Source of the DNA: Candidatus Aenigmatarchaeota archaeon
GTDB lineage: Archaea > Aenigmatarchaeota > Aenigmatarchaeia > CG10238-14 > SpSt-28
Direction: 5' to 3'
Length of the DNA: 32,353 bases
Assembly (NCBI GenBank): GCA_039000985.1
Contig: JAWBMD010000009.1
Location: forward strand, 1-32,353
Every line of letters starts with the position of its first letter. The stretch's first letter is position 1. This document shows positions 18,621-26,726 of the stretch, piece by piece. Both the position numbers and the translations under genes were made by a program. A model generated the notes under the pieces. It did not search any database. It worked only from the letters and a program-made list of their open reading frames with translations, and was not told the origin of the DNA.

Positions 18621-19610
18621 GTGATAACAATATTTGCAACAGGAATTGCCGGTTGTGGTAAGCCAGCTTACTTAAAAGAGTTTGAAAAGTTTTGTTTTAA
18701 AAAAGGAAAAAATTGTAAAGTAATTTCTATAGGAGATTTAATGTTTAGTGCAGCTGAAGAAATAGGTATAAAAATTAGAGAAGAAAAAATACTCAATCTA
18801 CCAAGAACAACCTTAAGATCTTTAATTTCATTAGCTTTTGATAAATGTATAGATGAATATAACAAGAAAAATTATGAATTGTTAATAATATCTACACACG
18901 CATCATACTGGTGGAAAAATGGTCCAGAGCATGCGTTTGATATTTCTTTCTTAAGAAAAATTAATGTTGATATGTACATTACATTTATAAATGATATAGA
19001 AAAAATTAAGGATAAAATTTATAGCGATCCAAAATGGGGCAAAGATATTATAAGTAAGCCAGAAATAATAACTTGGCAAGAATTAGAAATTTATACAACT
19101 GAAATTTTATCAATGCTTCAGAATAAGAAATTTTACATATACCATGTTTCTTATCCTTTACAAACACTTTACGATTTAATATTTACAGATAAACCAAAAA
19201 TTTATACTAGTTTTCCAATGACCTTTTTCAAAGGTTCTTTTGGTAGAATAAATAAATTTATAGATTTTTTAAGAAAATATGCAATAGTATTTCCACCTCA
19301 ATTAGAAGAAGATGTGGGAAGAGTCGAGAATAAAGCTATCCAAGAGCAAATAAGAAATTGGATAGTAAGAAAAGATTATAAGCTAATTGAGCAATCAGAT
19401 ACTTTAATTGCTTATTTTCCAAAAATTATCCATAGTCCAGGTGTTGAAAAAGAAATTTCCTATGCCCATTCTTCAAATAAAGAAGTTTGGCTAATATTTC
19501 CTAAAAAAACTGTTTCTCCATTTACAAGCTATTATGCTGATAAAATTTTTAATAGTTATAATCAATTCAAAAATTTCTTTTTAAAGTTTGTAAAACAATC
19601 AAAAAGGTAA
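18621..19610 (+). CDS. AdkA-like nucleotide-kinase domain fused to a nucleoside 2-deoxyribosyltransferase-fold domain
   Basis: GTG start; TGIAGCGK, IGDLM and IISTHA as in archaeal AdkA; C-terminal KIYTSFPM...DYKLIEQSDTLIAY...SPGVEKEISYA. Confidence 0.7.
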   Translation: MITIFATGIAGCGKPAYLKEFEKFCFKKGKNCKVISIGDLMFSAAEEIGIKIREEKILNLPRTTLRSLISLAFDKCIDEYNKKNYELLIISTHASYWWKNGPEHAFDISFLRKINVDMYITFINDIEKIKDKIYSDPKWGKDIISKPEIITWQELEIYTTEILSMLQNKKFYIYHVSYPLQTLYDLIFTDKPKIYTSFPMTFFKGSFGRINKFIDFLRKYAIVFPPQLEEDVGRVENKAIQEQIRNWIVRKDYKLIEQSDTLIAYFPKIIHSPGVEKEISYAHSSNKEVWLIFPKKTVSPFTSYYADKIFNSYNQFKNFFLKFVKQSKR

Positions 19611-19784
19611 TATTTTGAAAAAAATTATAGCCGCTAATATTATGCTTAAAATAAAAACTAACAAGCCTCCTATTGTTCCTCCTATAATTATCAAAGCTAT
19701 TCTATATAAAATGCTTAAATTGAATGGATTAAAAATACCGGCAAGAATTAATACAATACCTATTATAGCTCTAACTATTCCCAT
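19599..19784 (-). CDS. Small membrane protein
   Basis: 61 aa, almost entirely hydrophobic and Gly-rich; ATG start co-oriented with the upstream genes. Confidence 0.6.
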   Translation of the reverse strand: MGIVRAIIGIVLILAGIFNPFNLSILYRIALIIIGGTIGGLLVFILSIILAAIIFFKILPF

Positions 19785-19793
19785 AAATAATAT

Positions 19794-20390
19794 TTAAGAT
19801 TTCTTTTTTAATATAACGCTACCTATTGCGGGATATTCTATTTCTATTTCTCCTATTTCTTCTAATGCTTTAGCCCAACTTTCTATTAAATCTTCTGGTA
19901 AATTTAAAATTTTTGACAAATTTTTAATAGATATTTTATTTTTTTCTTTAATTGTTTCAAGCATATAATCCACTGTTGTAAAAACACCTTCCTTCTTTTT
20001 TATTTTTAATATATCACTTCTTGAAAAAACACCAACCAAATTATTTTTATTATCAATTACAAAAAGTCTTGGTAAGTTATTTTCATTCATTTTTTTAATA
20101 GCAATTTCAACATTTTCATCTTCAAATACAGTTTCGCATTTTTTTAATATTTTGAAAACTCTTATTCTTTTCAATTTTTTAATATCATTTTCGCCAATGC
20201 TTTCTAGATTTTTTTTCTTAAGTAGTTTAAGTATATCCTGTCTTTCTATTTGTCCAACTAATTTTTTATTTTTCGTTATTGCTATTGAAGAAATACCAGT
20301 TTCTTTAAATATTTTATAGCAATTTTCTATTGTAGAAAAATAATGCAATTTGGCTACTTGTTTTTTCATTACTTCTCGAACTTTCACCAT
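19794..20390 (-). CDS. CBS-pair protein with C-terminal winged-HTH-like domain
   Basis: VREVMKK, PRLFVID...LVGVFSRSDIL; C-terminal ISIKNLSKILNLPEDLIESWAKALEEIGEIEIEY. Confidence 0.8.
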   Translation of the reverse strand: MVKVREVMKKQVAKLHYFSTIENCYKIFKETGISSIAITKNKKLVGQIERQDILKLLKKKNLESIGENDIKKLKRIRVFKILKKCETVFEDENVEIAIKKMNENNLPRLFVIDNKNNLVGVFSRSDILKIKKKEGVFTTVDYMLETIKEKNKISIKNLSKILNLPEDLIESWAKALEEIGEIEIEYPAIGSVILKKKS

Positions 20391-21151
20391 TTTATAAGAA
20401 ATGCTTGGTTAAAAATCATTGTATAAATAAAAGCTATAAAAAACGCTGGAGCAAATCTCACACCCTCTTTTATTATCACAAATTTTTTGTTACTTTTTTT
20501 AATTTTTTCTATTTCTTCTTTTGTTATACCTCTCCATATTTTAAAGCTTGCTAAAACATCACCAACTTTCAATTCACTTACTTTTATTTTTCTTTTAAAA
20601 CCATATTTTTCTACAATTTTGCCAAAATTGTATAAAATTGCTAAAATTGGTAGAAGAGCAGAAAATACTGTTAATATTTTATATGCGAATAGAAAATGGA
20701 TTATTATTGGAATTATAAATAGCATAAAATAAGCCAGTTTAAATTTTTTTAAATGATAAAAGAAAATTTTTAGTGAATTTTTCGAATAAATATAGCAATA
20801 AATTATTGAAAATGTTACCATAAAAATTGAGCCAAAAATTAATAGGTTAATCAAATATTTAAATATAAAAACGAAATCTGGATATAAAAATGCTATTGAT
20901 ATTAATAATGCCGAATCTCCTGCTCCCCACTGACCCGTATAATATGCAATTATTCCAAAAATCGAGAAAATAGAACCAACAATAAGCATTTTTGTTAAAT
21001 AAGTTATATCATTTAAAAATAGCCATTTAAAAATAGAAGTAAATATTCCTAAAGCAATTAAAAATATTGGAATTTCGTCTGGTATTTCAGTAGTTTTTAA
21101 ATCATATATAGCTGCTATAAAAAGCATGCTTCCTACAATGATTTCAAACAT
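20384..21151 (-). CDS. A24-family prepilin/preflagellin peptidase
   Basis: YDLKTTEIPD and WGAGD aspartate motifs, multiple TMs, C-terminal GVRFAPAF. Confidence 0.88.
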   Translation of the reverse strand: MFEIIVGSMLFIAAIYDLKTTEIPDEIPIFLIALGIFTSIFKWLFLNDITYLTKMLIVGSIFSIFGIIAYYTGQWGAGDSALLISIAFLYPDFVFIFKYLINLLIFGSIFMVTFSIIYCYIYSKNSLKIFFYHLKKFKLAYFMLFIIPIIIHFLFAYKILTVFSALLPILAILYNFGKIVEKYGFKRKIKVSELKVGDVLASFKIWRGITKEEIEKIKKSNKKFVIIKEGVRFAPAFFIAFIYTMIFNQAFLIKW

Positions 21152-22341
21152 TTCTCAAATATTTCTATTCCTTCATCAATTTCTTCTTTTTTTATTATTA
21201 ATGGTGGAATGAATCTTATCGACTTTTCACCACAAGGAAGCAATAATAATCCATTTTTAAAGCAATTTTGAATTAATTTCCCCTTTTTTTCATTGATTAT
21301 ATCTATTGCACAAAGTAGGCCTATTCCTCTAGCATTTTTAGTGAATTCAACACTTTTTTCTATTTCTTTTAATCTTTTTAACAAATATTTACCCATTTTT
21401 TCAGCATTTTTATATAGTTTGTATTTTCTTATTTTTTCTATTATTGTTTTTCCAATAGCCAAATCTATTCTATCACCACCCCCCCAAGTACTCGAAATAG
21501 CTCCAGCTTCTTTTGGGTCAAATTTTTCTTCAACAATAGTAGCTCCAACTTGTAAAGATTTTGCTAATGTTAAAATGTTTGGTTTTATTTTATAGTGCTC
21601 AAACATAAACCATTTACCACTTCTACCCAAACCTGTTTGCACTTCATCTATTATTAAAGGGATTTCATTTTTCCTTAAAATTTTATATAGTTTTTTAACA
21701 AAAGATTTTTTTGCTATTTTATAACCACCTTCTCCTTGCATTAATTCCATTATTAAAAATGCAGCGTTTTCTTTAATCTCAATTATTTCATTTAATTTAT
21801 TTTCATCATTAAATATTAATCTCTTTACTTTAAATTCAGGATAACCTTTTTTTTGAACTTCTTTGCTAGAGGTAAATGTTAAAGCTCCCAATGTTCTACC
21901 GTGAAAAGCTTTTTCGAATGATATACCAATTAGCTCATTTGGATTTATGTTAAATTTTAGGCTTTTATACCTATAACAAAGCTTTATTGCATTTTCATTT
22001 GCTTCAGCTCCACTATTTGAAAAAAAGAATTTTTTAAGATTTTTTGGTAAAATTTTGCTCAATTCTTCAGCCAGCTCAACATGTTCTTTACAATAAAAAT
22101 CTTGTCCAGCTATTTTATGTGCTCCTGTTTTTGAAATATCGTTTATAACTTTTTCAATGTCTTCATCACCATAGCCCAAGGGGCAAGAAGCTACATTGGA
22201 GGTGAAGTCTAAATATTTTTTGCCATTTTTATCATAAAGATAGCATCCTTCCCCTCTTTCTATTATCATATCATATGCAAACGTTGTAAAAATGAGATAT
22301 TTTCTGCTTTTTTCTAGAATATTTATGTTTTTGTCTTTCAT
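21133..22341 (-). CDS. Class III PLP aminotransferase (ornithine/acetylornithine/4-aminobutyrate type)
   Basis: YLDF, NSGAEANENAIK, FHGRT, QGEGG, DEVQTGLGRSG, LAKSL, SSTWGG, IRFIPPL. Confidence 0.92.
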   Translation of the reverse strand: MKDKNINILEKSRKYLIFTTFAYDMIIERGEGCYLYDKNGKKYLDFTSNVASCPLGYGDEDIEKVINDISKTGAHKIAGQDFYCKEHVELAEELSKILPKNLKKFFFSNSGAEANENAIKLCYRYKSLKFNINPNELIGISFEKAFHGRTLGALTFTSSKEVQKKGYPEFKVKRLIFNDENKLNEIIEIKENAAFLIMELMQGEGGYKIAKKSFVKKLYKILRKNEIPLIIDEVQTGLGRSGKWFMFEHYKIKPNILTLAKSLQVGATIVEEKFDPKEAGAISSTWGGGDRIDLAIGKTIIEKIRKYKLYKNAEKMGKYLLKRLKEIEKSVEFTKNARGIGLLCAIDIINEKKGKLIQNCFKNGLLLLPCGEKSIRFIPPLIIKKEEIDEGIEIFEKCLKSL

Positions 22342-22349
22342 AATTATTT

Positions 22350-22541
22350 ATGTTAATTCAAAAATTAAAAGAGAATTGGTTATTTTATTCAATACTTTTA
22401 CTTTCTATAGTTTTTAGTATTAGTCTCGCATTTGCACCTTTTAAACAATCCATCTTTACAATTATTGCGATGATTTCATCTTTTCTCATTTTTTTATTTA
22501 CTATGCTTTTTGTGGTCTTCGAATTTATTATTAAAGAATGA
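22350..22541 (+). CDS. Small two-TM membrane protein
   Basis: Two hydrophobic segments; ATGA overlap with the HAD gene. Confidence 0.6.
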   Translation: MLIQKLKENWLFYSILLLSIVFSISLAFAPFKQSIFTIIAMISSFLIFLFTMLFVVFEFIIKE

Positions 22542-23260
22542 TTATAGCTTTTGATTACGACGATACTATAAGTTTTTTAGATCATAAAATGTTTAGAAAA
22601 GAATTAGAAAAAAATAATTTAATAAAATATTCTAAAATGCTTCAAGAAAATGTTTATTTAGAATATAAAGGAAATCATCTTCCATACCTTTACAATAGTA
22701 ATTTACTTAGATGCCATCCACTAGAGTTATGTACTTTAAATTTCGGATTCTCGCTAGTTCTCAAGCTTTTAGATGAGGGATATTCTTTTGAAAATGCTGA
22801 TAATTTTTCTAAGAGGGAAATTCTTAATTTGTTTTATAGATCTAAAAGAAGGATAAATAAACATGATTTGAAATTTTTGGATTACTTAATAAGAAACAAT
22901 AATAAGATTGCAATTATAACTATGAGTAATGAAGAAGATATTTCTGCAGAGATAAAGAAAAGAAAAATTGAAATATATGATAATGTAAATAAAACTTATG
23001 TTAATGGAAATAATTATTTAAATGTTTATGGATTGAAAATAGCTGTTGATAGACCATATTATAAAAAAGTTTTGAATGAAATAAATCCAGACATAGTTGT
23101 TGGAAATTCATTTTCTATAGATTTATCTTTGCCTGTTTTCATGAATAAAAAAGTTTTTCTAGTAAAAAATGATTGCACAATAGAAATATTTAAGAGATAT
23201 ATTGAGGAAAGAGGTAATTGTGTAATAAATTATATAGCGGAATTAAAAAGATTTTTATAA
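22538..23260 (+). CDS. HAD-superfamily hydrolase
   Basis: Motif I IAFDYDDT, motif II IAIITMS, motif IV-like VVGNSFSIDL. Confidence 0.75.
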   Translation: MIIAFDYDDTISFLDHKMFRKELEKNNLIKYSKMLQENVYLEYKGNHLPYLYNSNLLRCHPLELCTLNFGFSLVLKLLDEGYSFENADNFSKREILNLFYRSKRRINKHDLKFLDYLIRNNNKIAIITMSNEEDISAEIKKRKIEIYDNVNKTYVNGNNYLNVYGLKIAVDRPYYKKVLNEINPDIVVGNSFSIDLSLPVFMNKKVFLVKNDCTIEIFKRYIEERGNCVINYIAELKRFL

Positions 23261-24255
23261 GCAGCTATATAAAGAGCAGCACTCCATAATTGGTTACTAC
23301 TACCTCTAGGTTTTCCATTTAATTCATACCATTCATTAAAGCCATTTAAATTACTTATTTTTTCAAATTCATCTAAAGCTTCTTTTTTATAACCAGCCTT
23401 TAGTAAAGCTTTTATGACAAATCCATTTACAAAGGGCCAAATGGAACAATTTTGATAAGTATATGGTTTTTGTCCACACATGTTTTTTGGATATGGTGGA
23501 TATAGATTTGGGCATGCATAAAACATTTTTGATAGTTTTATAAAGTTTTTGCATATCTTTTCTGTTTTATCTTTCGTTGGAATATTTTTTAATATTGCTA
23601 TAGCATTTCCTAAAACATCAAATCTATTGCTTCCAATATAATCCACATAATATCCAAGCTTTTCATTCCAAAACATTTTACTTATTTCGTTATTCTTCAG
23701 TAGGACAGAAAGTAAAATATTTGGGAGAAGACTATATTTATTATTATAATTTAGCATAGCATCCATCCAATTGCTACTTTTTATTAATCCATTCTTATCC
23801 ACTTTTTTTATAATATTGCTATAAACCAATTCAAACTTTTCCTCATTTTTTTTGTAGATTTCTGGGAAATATTCTTTGGCAGTAATTAAAAATAATAATT
23901 CACTATCTGTTGTCCATCCATGTTTTTGCTTAAAAAATTTAGGATGAAATAGTTGCATACTTCTTTCCTTTTTCATTATGGTTGTTAATGAATATGATAA
24001 ACTTTTCATTATATAAGAAATTTGAAAATATTCTTTTCCATAGAAAAGAGTTGGGAGAGAACCATCTTTTTCTATTCTTTTTAATATATTATAAAAATGT
24101 CTTTTTGCTATATCTTCAAGCCCAACATATAAAATGCCTTCCAAACTATAACAAAAGTCTCTGGTCCAGTATTGAGGGTATGCATCACCAGCAATAAAAC
24201 CCAAGCTACGGGCATTTTTTACGATTACTTTTTTTGCTTCTATTAGTTTTTTCAT
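23230..24255 (-). CDS. (alpha/alpha)6 glycoside hydrolase (amylo-alpha-1,6-glucosidase / GH100-like)
   Basis: YWTRDF, NWMD, YQNCSIWPFV and FNEWY...QLWSAA motifs. Confidence 0.8.
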   Translation of the reverse strand: MKKLIEAKKVIVKNARSLGFIAGDAYPQYWTRDFCYSLEGILYVGLEDIAKRHFYNILKRIEKDGSLPTLFYGKEYFQISYIMKSLSYSLTTIMKKERSMQLFHPKFFKQKHGWTTDSELLFLITAKEYFPEIYKKNEEKFELVYSNIIKKVDKNGLIKSSNWMDAMLNYNNKYSLLPNILLSVLLKNNEISKMFWNEKLGYYVDYIGSNRFDVLGNAIAILKNIPTKDKTEKICKNFIKLSKMFYACPNLYPPYPKNMCGQKPYTYQNCSIWPFVNGFVIKALLKAGYKKEALDEFEKISNLNGFNEWYELNGKPRGSSNQLWSAALYIAAYKNLFNSAI

Positions 24256-24256
24256 A

Positions 24257-24348
24257 TGGGCCCGAAGGGATTCGAACCCTTGACCTACCGCTATCTTAAA
24301 GCTCAGTTGCCTTATAAGGCGGCCGCTCTACCACTGAGCTACGGGCCC
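24257..24348 (-). tRNA. tRNA-Ile(UAU) with a 20-nt intron at 37/38 (intron 24293-24312)
   Basis: GGGCCCG TA GCTC AGTGGTA GAGC G GCCGC CT TAT A [AGGCAACTGAGCTTTAAGAT] A GCGGT AGGTC AAGGG TTCGAAT CCCTT CGGGCCC A; BHB central helix CUUA/UAAG with a 3-nt bulge at the 3' splice site. Confidence 0.92.
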
Positions 24349-24370
24349 AATAATATAAGAAAGAAATTTT

Positions 24371-24712
24371 TCAAATAAAAACCTCCAATCCAATATAAGA
24401 AATATATTGTTTTATTAATTCTTCAACAAAATTTTTCATTTCTTCTTTTGGTAAAAATATGGATGGATTTGAGTTTTCTACATGCTCAAGTAAGCCTAGT
24501 TTTGATAATTTTTTTAACCTTTTTCTTATTGCATCATCTGTTAGTTTAACTTTATGGATTTCTCTAAGTTCTTTAACTAGTATTGGGAAAGCATATACTT
24601 GCAAATCGTTTGGAAATTCTTTTGATGCAAAATAAAACTTTTTGAGTATAATAATATCAATTTTATCTATTCTTTCAATAAGATTAATTAAAGTTAGTTG
24701 CGTTAGTTGCAT
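24371..24712 (-). CDS. Winged-HTH domain protein
   Basis: DKIDIIILKK...LTDDAIRKRLKKLSKLGLLEHV pattern. Confidence 0.7.
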   Translation of the reverse strand: MQLTQLTLINLIERIDKIDIIILKKFYFASKEFPNDLQVYAFPILVKELREIHKVKLTDDAIRKRLKKLSKLGLLEHVENSNPSIFLPKEEMKNFVEELIKQYISYIGLEVFI

Positions 24713-24778
24713 AAAGAAAAGATGGTTTTGCCTTTTAAATTCTTTTCTATTATAAAAAATATAGATTGAAATAAATTT

Positions 24779-25303
24779 GTGAGGTTTGAAGATTTTCTCA
24801 ATGAGATAAGGTTAATAAGAAGTTTTTTAATGGTTGGAATATCTTTTGAGCAAGCTTTAGCTATAATAAGTAAAAGATTTAAAGATTCATTTTCTTCTCA
24901 AATAATTAAATCTGAAAAAAGTATAAGGGAAACTTTGGAAGAAATTATGAAAAAGGAGAAAAATAAAAAAGTTAAATATTGCTTAGAAAAAATTAAAGAA
25001 GGCTTGGAATTAGAAACTTTGGGAGAAAATTTGGACTTAATAATAGAGAAATATAGTGAAGAAGAAAGGGAAATTAGCAAAAGCAAGATAGAATTTTCTA
25101 AAACCTTTTCAACATTTTTTTTAATAGTTAGCATAATAGCACCAATTATCTTATTTACGCTTTATGCATTTTTATCAACACTTTCAAGCTTAGAGTTTTT
25201 AAATTTATCAATAAATATTGATGAAAATTTTATATATTTTTCTATTTTTTTAATATTTTTAGTAGAAGCACTTATGATGTTCTACTTTTTTAAAAGATGT
25301 TAG
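24779..25303 (+). CDS. Short T2SS-F / TadC-like membrane platform protein
   Basis: GTG start; FLNEIRLIRSFLMVGISFEQAL helix motif, SIRETLE, C-terminal TMs with SIIAPII. Confidence 0.6.
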   Translation: MRFEDFLNEIRLIRSFLMVGISFEQALAIISKRFKDSFSSQIIKSEKSIRETLEEIMKKEKNKKVKYCLEKIKEGLELETLGENLDLIIEKYSEEEREISKSKIEFSKTFSTFFLIVSIIAPIILFTLYAFLSTLSSLEFLNLSINIDENFIYFSIFLIFLVEALMMFYFFKRC

Positions 25304-25902
25304 AGCCAATATTGTTAAGCATATTATCAATTATTTCTATTTTTGCTTTTTTAGTTTTTAGAGAAAAAAGAATAAAAAGAGAAAAAATTGAGAAAAAATT
25401 TTTTGAAATTTGTTATATGCTTCACAATAGCTTGAAGGAGGGAGTATCAATAGAAACTTCATTTAGAAAAATAACAACATATTACAAAAGTTTTGATGAA
25501 TTTGTTGAATATGTTTTAAAGAATTGTATTTCTAAGGTTGTGAAAAATAGTTGTATACTAATTTTAGAATCATTAAAAAATGAGTTATCAATGGCTACAG
25601 CATTTTCTGAAGTAGCTAATTTAGAAAAAGTTTATGATGAAGAAGTTAAATATAAGAAAGATATAAGAAGCTTAGCTTTATGGATTTTTGCTTTTTCATT
25701 TTTTGTTTTTCCAATATCTTTCATTTCAATTTCTACTTTTGTTAAAGTTGATACTTTTCTTTTATTCTTCGTTTCTTTTATAAGCTCAGTAAATTTATTG
25801 TTTTTTTCTTCTTTACTTTCTAAAACATACTTGGAAAAACTCTTTCTTTTACCATTATTGTTTTCCATAAATTACTTTATTTTTTTCACTCTTGCTTTTT
25901 GA
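25297..25902 (+). CDS. Short T2SS-F / TadB-like membrane platform protein
   Basis: N-terminal TM, LHNSLKEGVSIETSF motif, three C-terminal TMs; paired with the upstream gene. Confidence 0.55.
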   Translation: MLEPILLSILSIISIFAFLVFREKRIKREKIEKKFFEICYMLHNSLKEGVSIETSFRKITTYYKSFDEFVEYVLKNCISKVVKNSCILILESLKNELSMATAFSEVANLEKVYDEEVKYKKDIRSLALWIFAFSFFVFPISFISISTFVKVDTFLLFFVSFISSVNLLFFSSLLSKTYLEKLFLLPLLFSINYFIFFTLAF

Positions 25903-26363
25903 GAAATTATTTTAGAAATACCAGTACTATCTTTTAATATTAAATGAAATTTTTCTTCAGCACTTCTCATTTTTTTAATTTTTTCTGTTAATTCCTTTAC
26001 TTTTTCCTTTTCAAATAAATTAGCATGCTCATTTAAAAAATTTTCTATTCTTTCCAAGATACCTTCAATTGTTGTTATATAACTTTCACTATATGGACCT
26101 GGGGTTATCTCTATACCCATTTCAGGAATTTTTATTGAGCATTTAGAAGACTTTACAACAACACTATTTAAATCATCTGAGCTTTCTACAAAAATTTCAA
26201 TTTCTATTTTTTCCTCCTTTTCTTCTGTAAATATATCAGAATGCTTAAATCCACAATTATCACAAATTATTGTATTTATAAGTACTTTTCCAAGAAATTT
26301 ATCATCATATTCAGCTATTTCATTTCTGACTTTTTCACTTTTGCAAGCTGGACAAGCAATCAT
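25872..26363 (-). CDS. ZPR1 zinc-finger protein
   Basis: CPAC...CDNCGFKHSD, DLNSVVVKS, IEITPGP, ITTIEGILER. Confidence 0.92.
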   Translation of the reverse strand: MIACPACKSEKVRNEIAEYDDKFLGKVLINTIICDNCGFKHSDIFTEEKEEKIEIEIFVESSDDLNSVVVKSSKCSIKIPEMGIEITPGPYSESYITTIEGILERIENFLNEHANLFEKEKVKELTEKIKKMRSAEEKFHLILKDSTGISKIISQKARVKKIK

Positions 26364-26396
26364 ATCTAATATTTAAAAAATATAAAATATTACATT

Positions 26397-26726
26397 ATGG
26401 CAGAATATATAAGGATTAAGTTGGTAAGCAGAAGTTTGGATGATTTAAATAAAGTATGTAATGAAATAATAGATTTAGCCAAGAGATTAGGTGTTTATTA
26501 TAAAGGGCCAATACCATTACCAAGAAAAATTTTAAGGGTTACTGTTTTAAGAACTCCTTGTGGGGATGGTACTGGTCATGGGAATGCAACTTATGACAAG
26601 TTTGAAATGAGATTTCATAAAAGAATTATTGAGGTTCATGCAGATGAAAGAATAGCAAGGCAATTATTAAGAATAGTTTTTCCGGATACTGTTGAAAGAA
26701 GTATTGAAATTATAAGGAGTGATTAA
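26397..26726 (+). CDS. rps10: 30S ribosomal protein uS10
   Basis: IRIKL, KGPIPLP, RTPCGDG and FEMRFHKRII motifs. Confidence 0.95.
   Translation: MAEYIRIKLVSRSLDDLNKVCNEIIDLAKRLGVYYKGPIPLPRKILRVTVLRTPCGDGTGHGNATYDKFEMRFHKRIIEVHADERIARQLLRIVFPDTVERSIEIIRSD

Noticed and set aside
19615..19797. 60-aa plus-strand ORF
   Set aside because: Antisense to the more plausible hydrophobic minus-strand ORF 19599-19784
24293..24312. Box C/D guide RNA within the tRNA intron (contains CTGA)
   Set aside because: Only 20 nt long and has no box C
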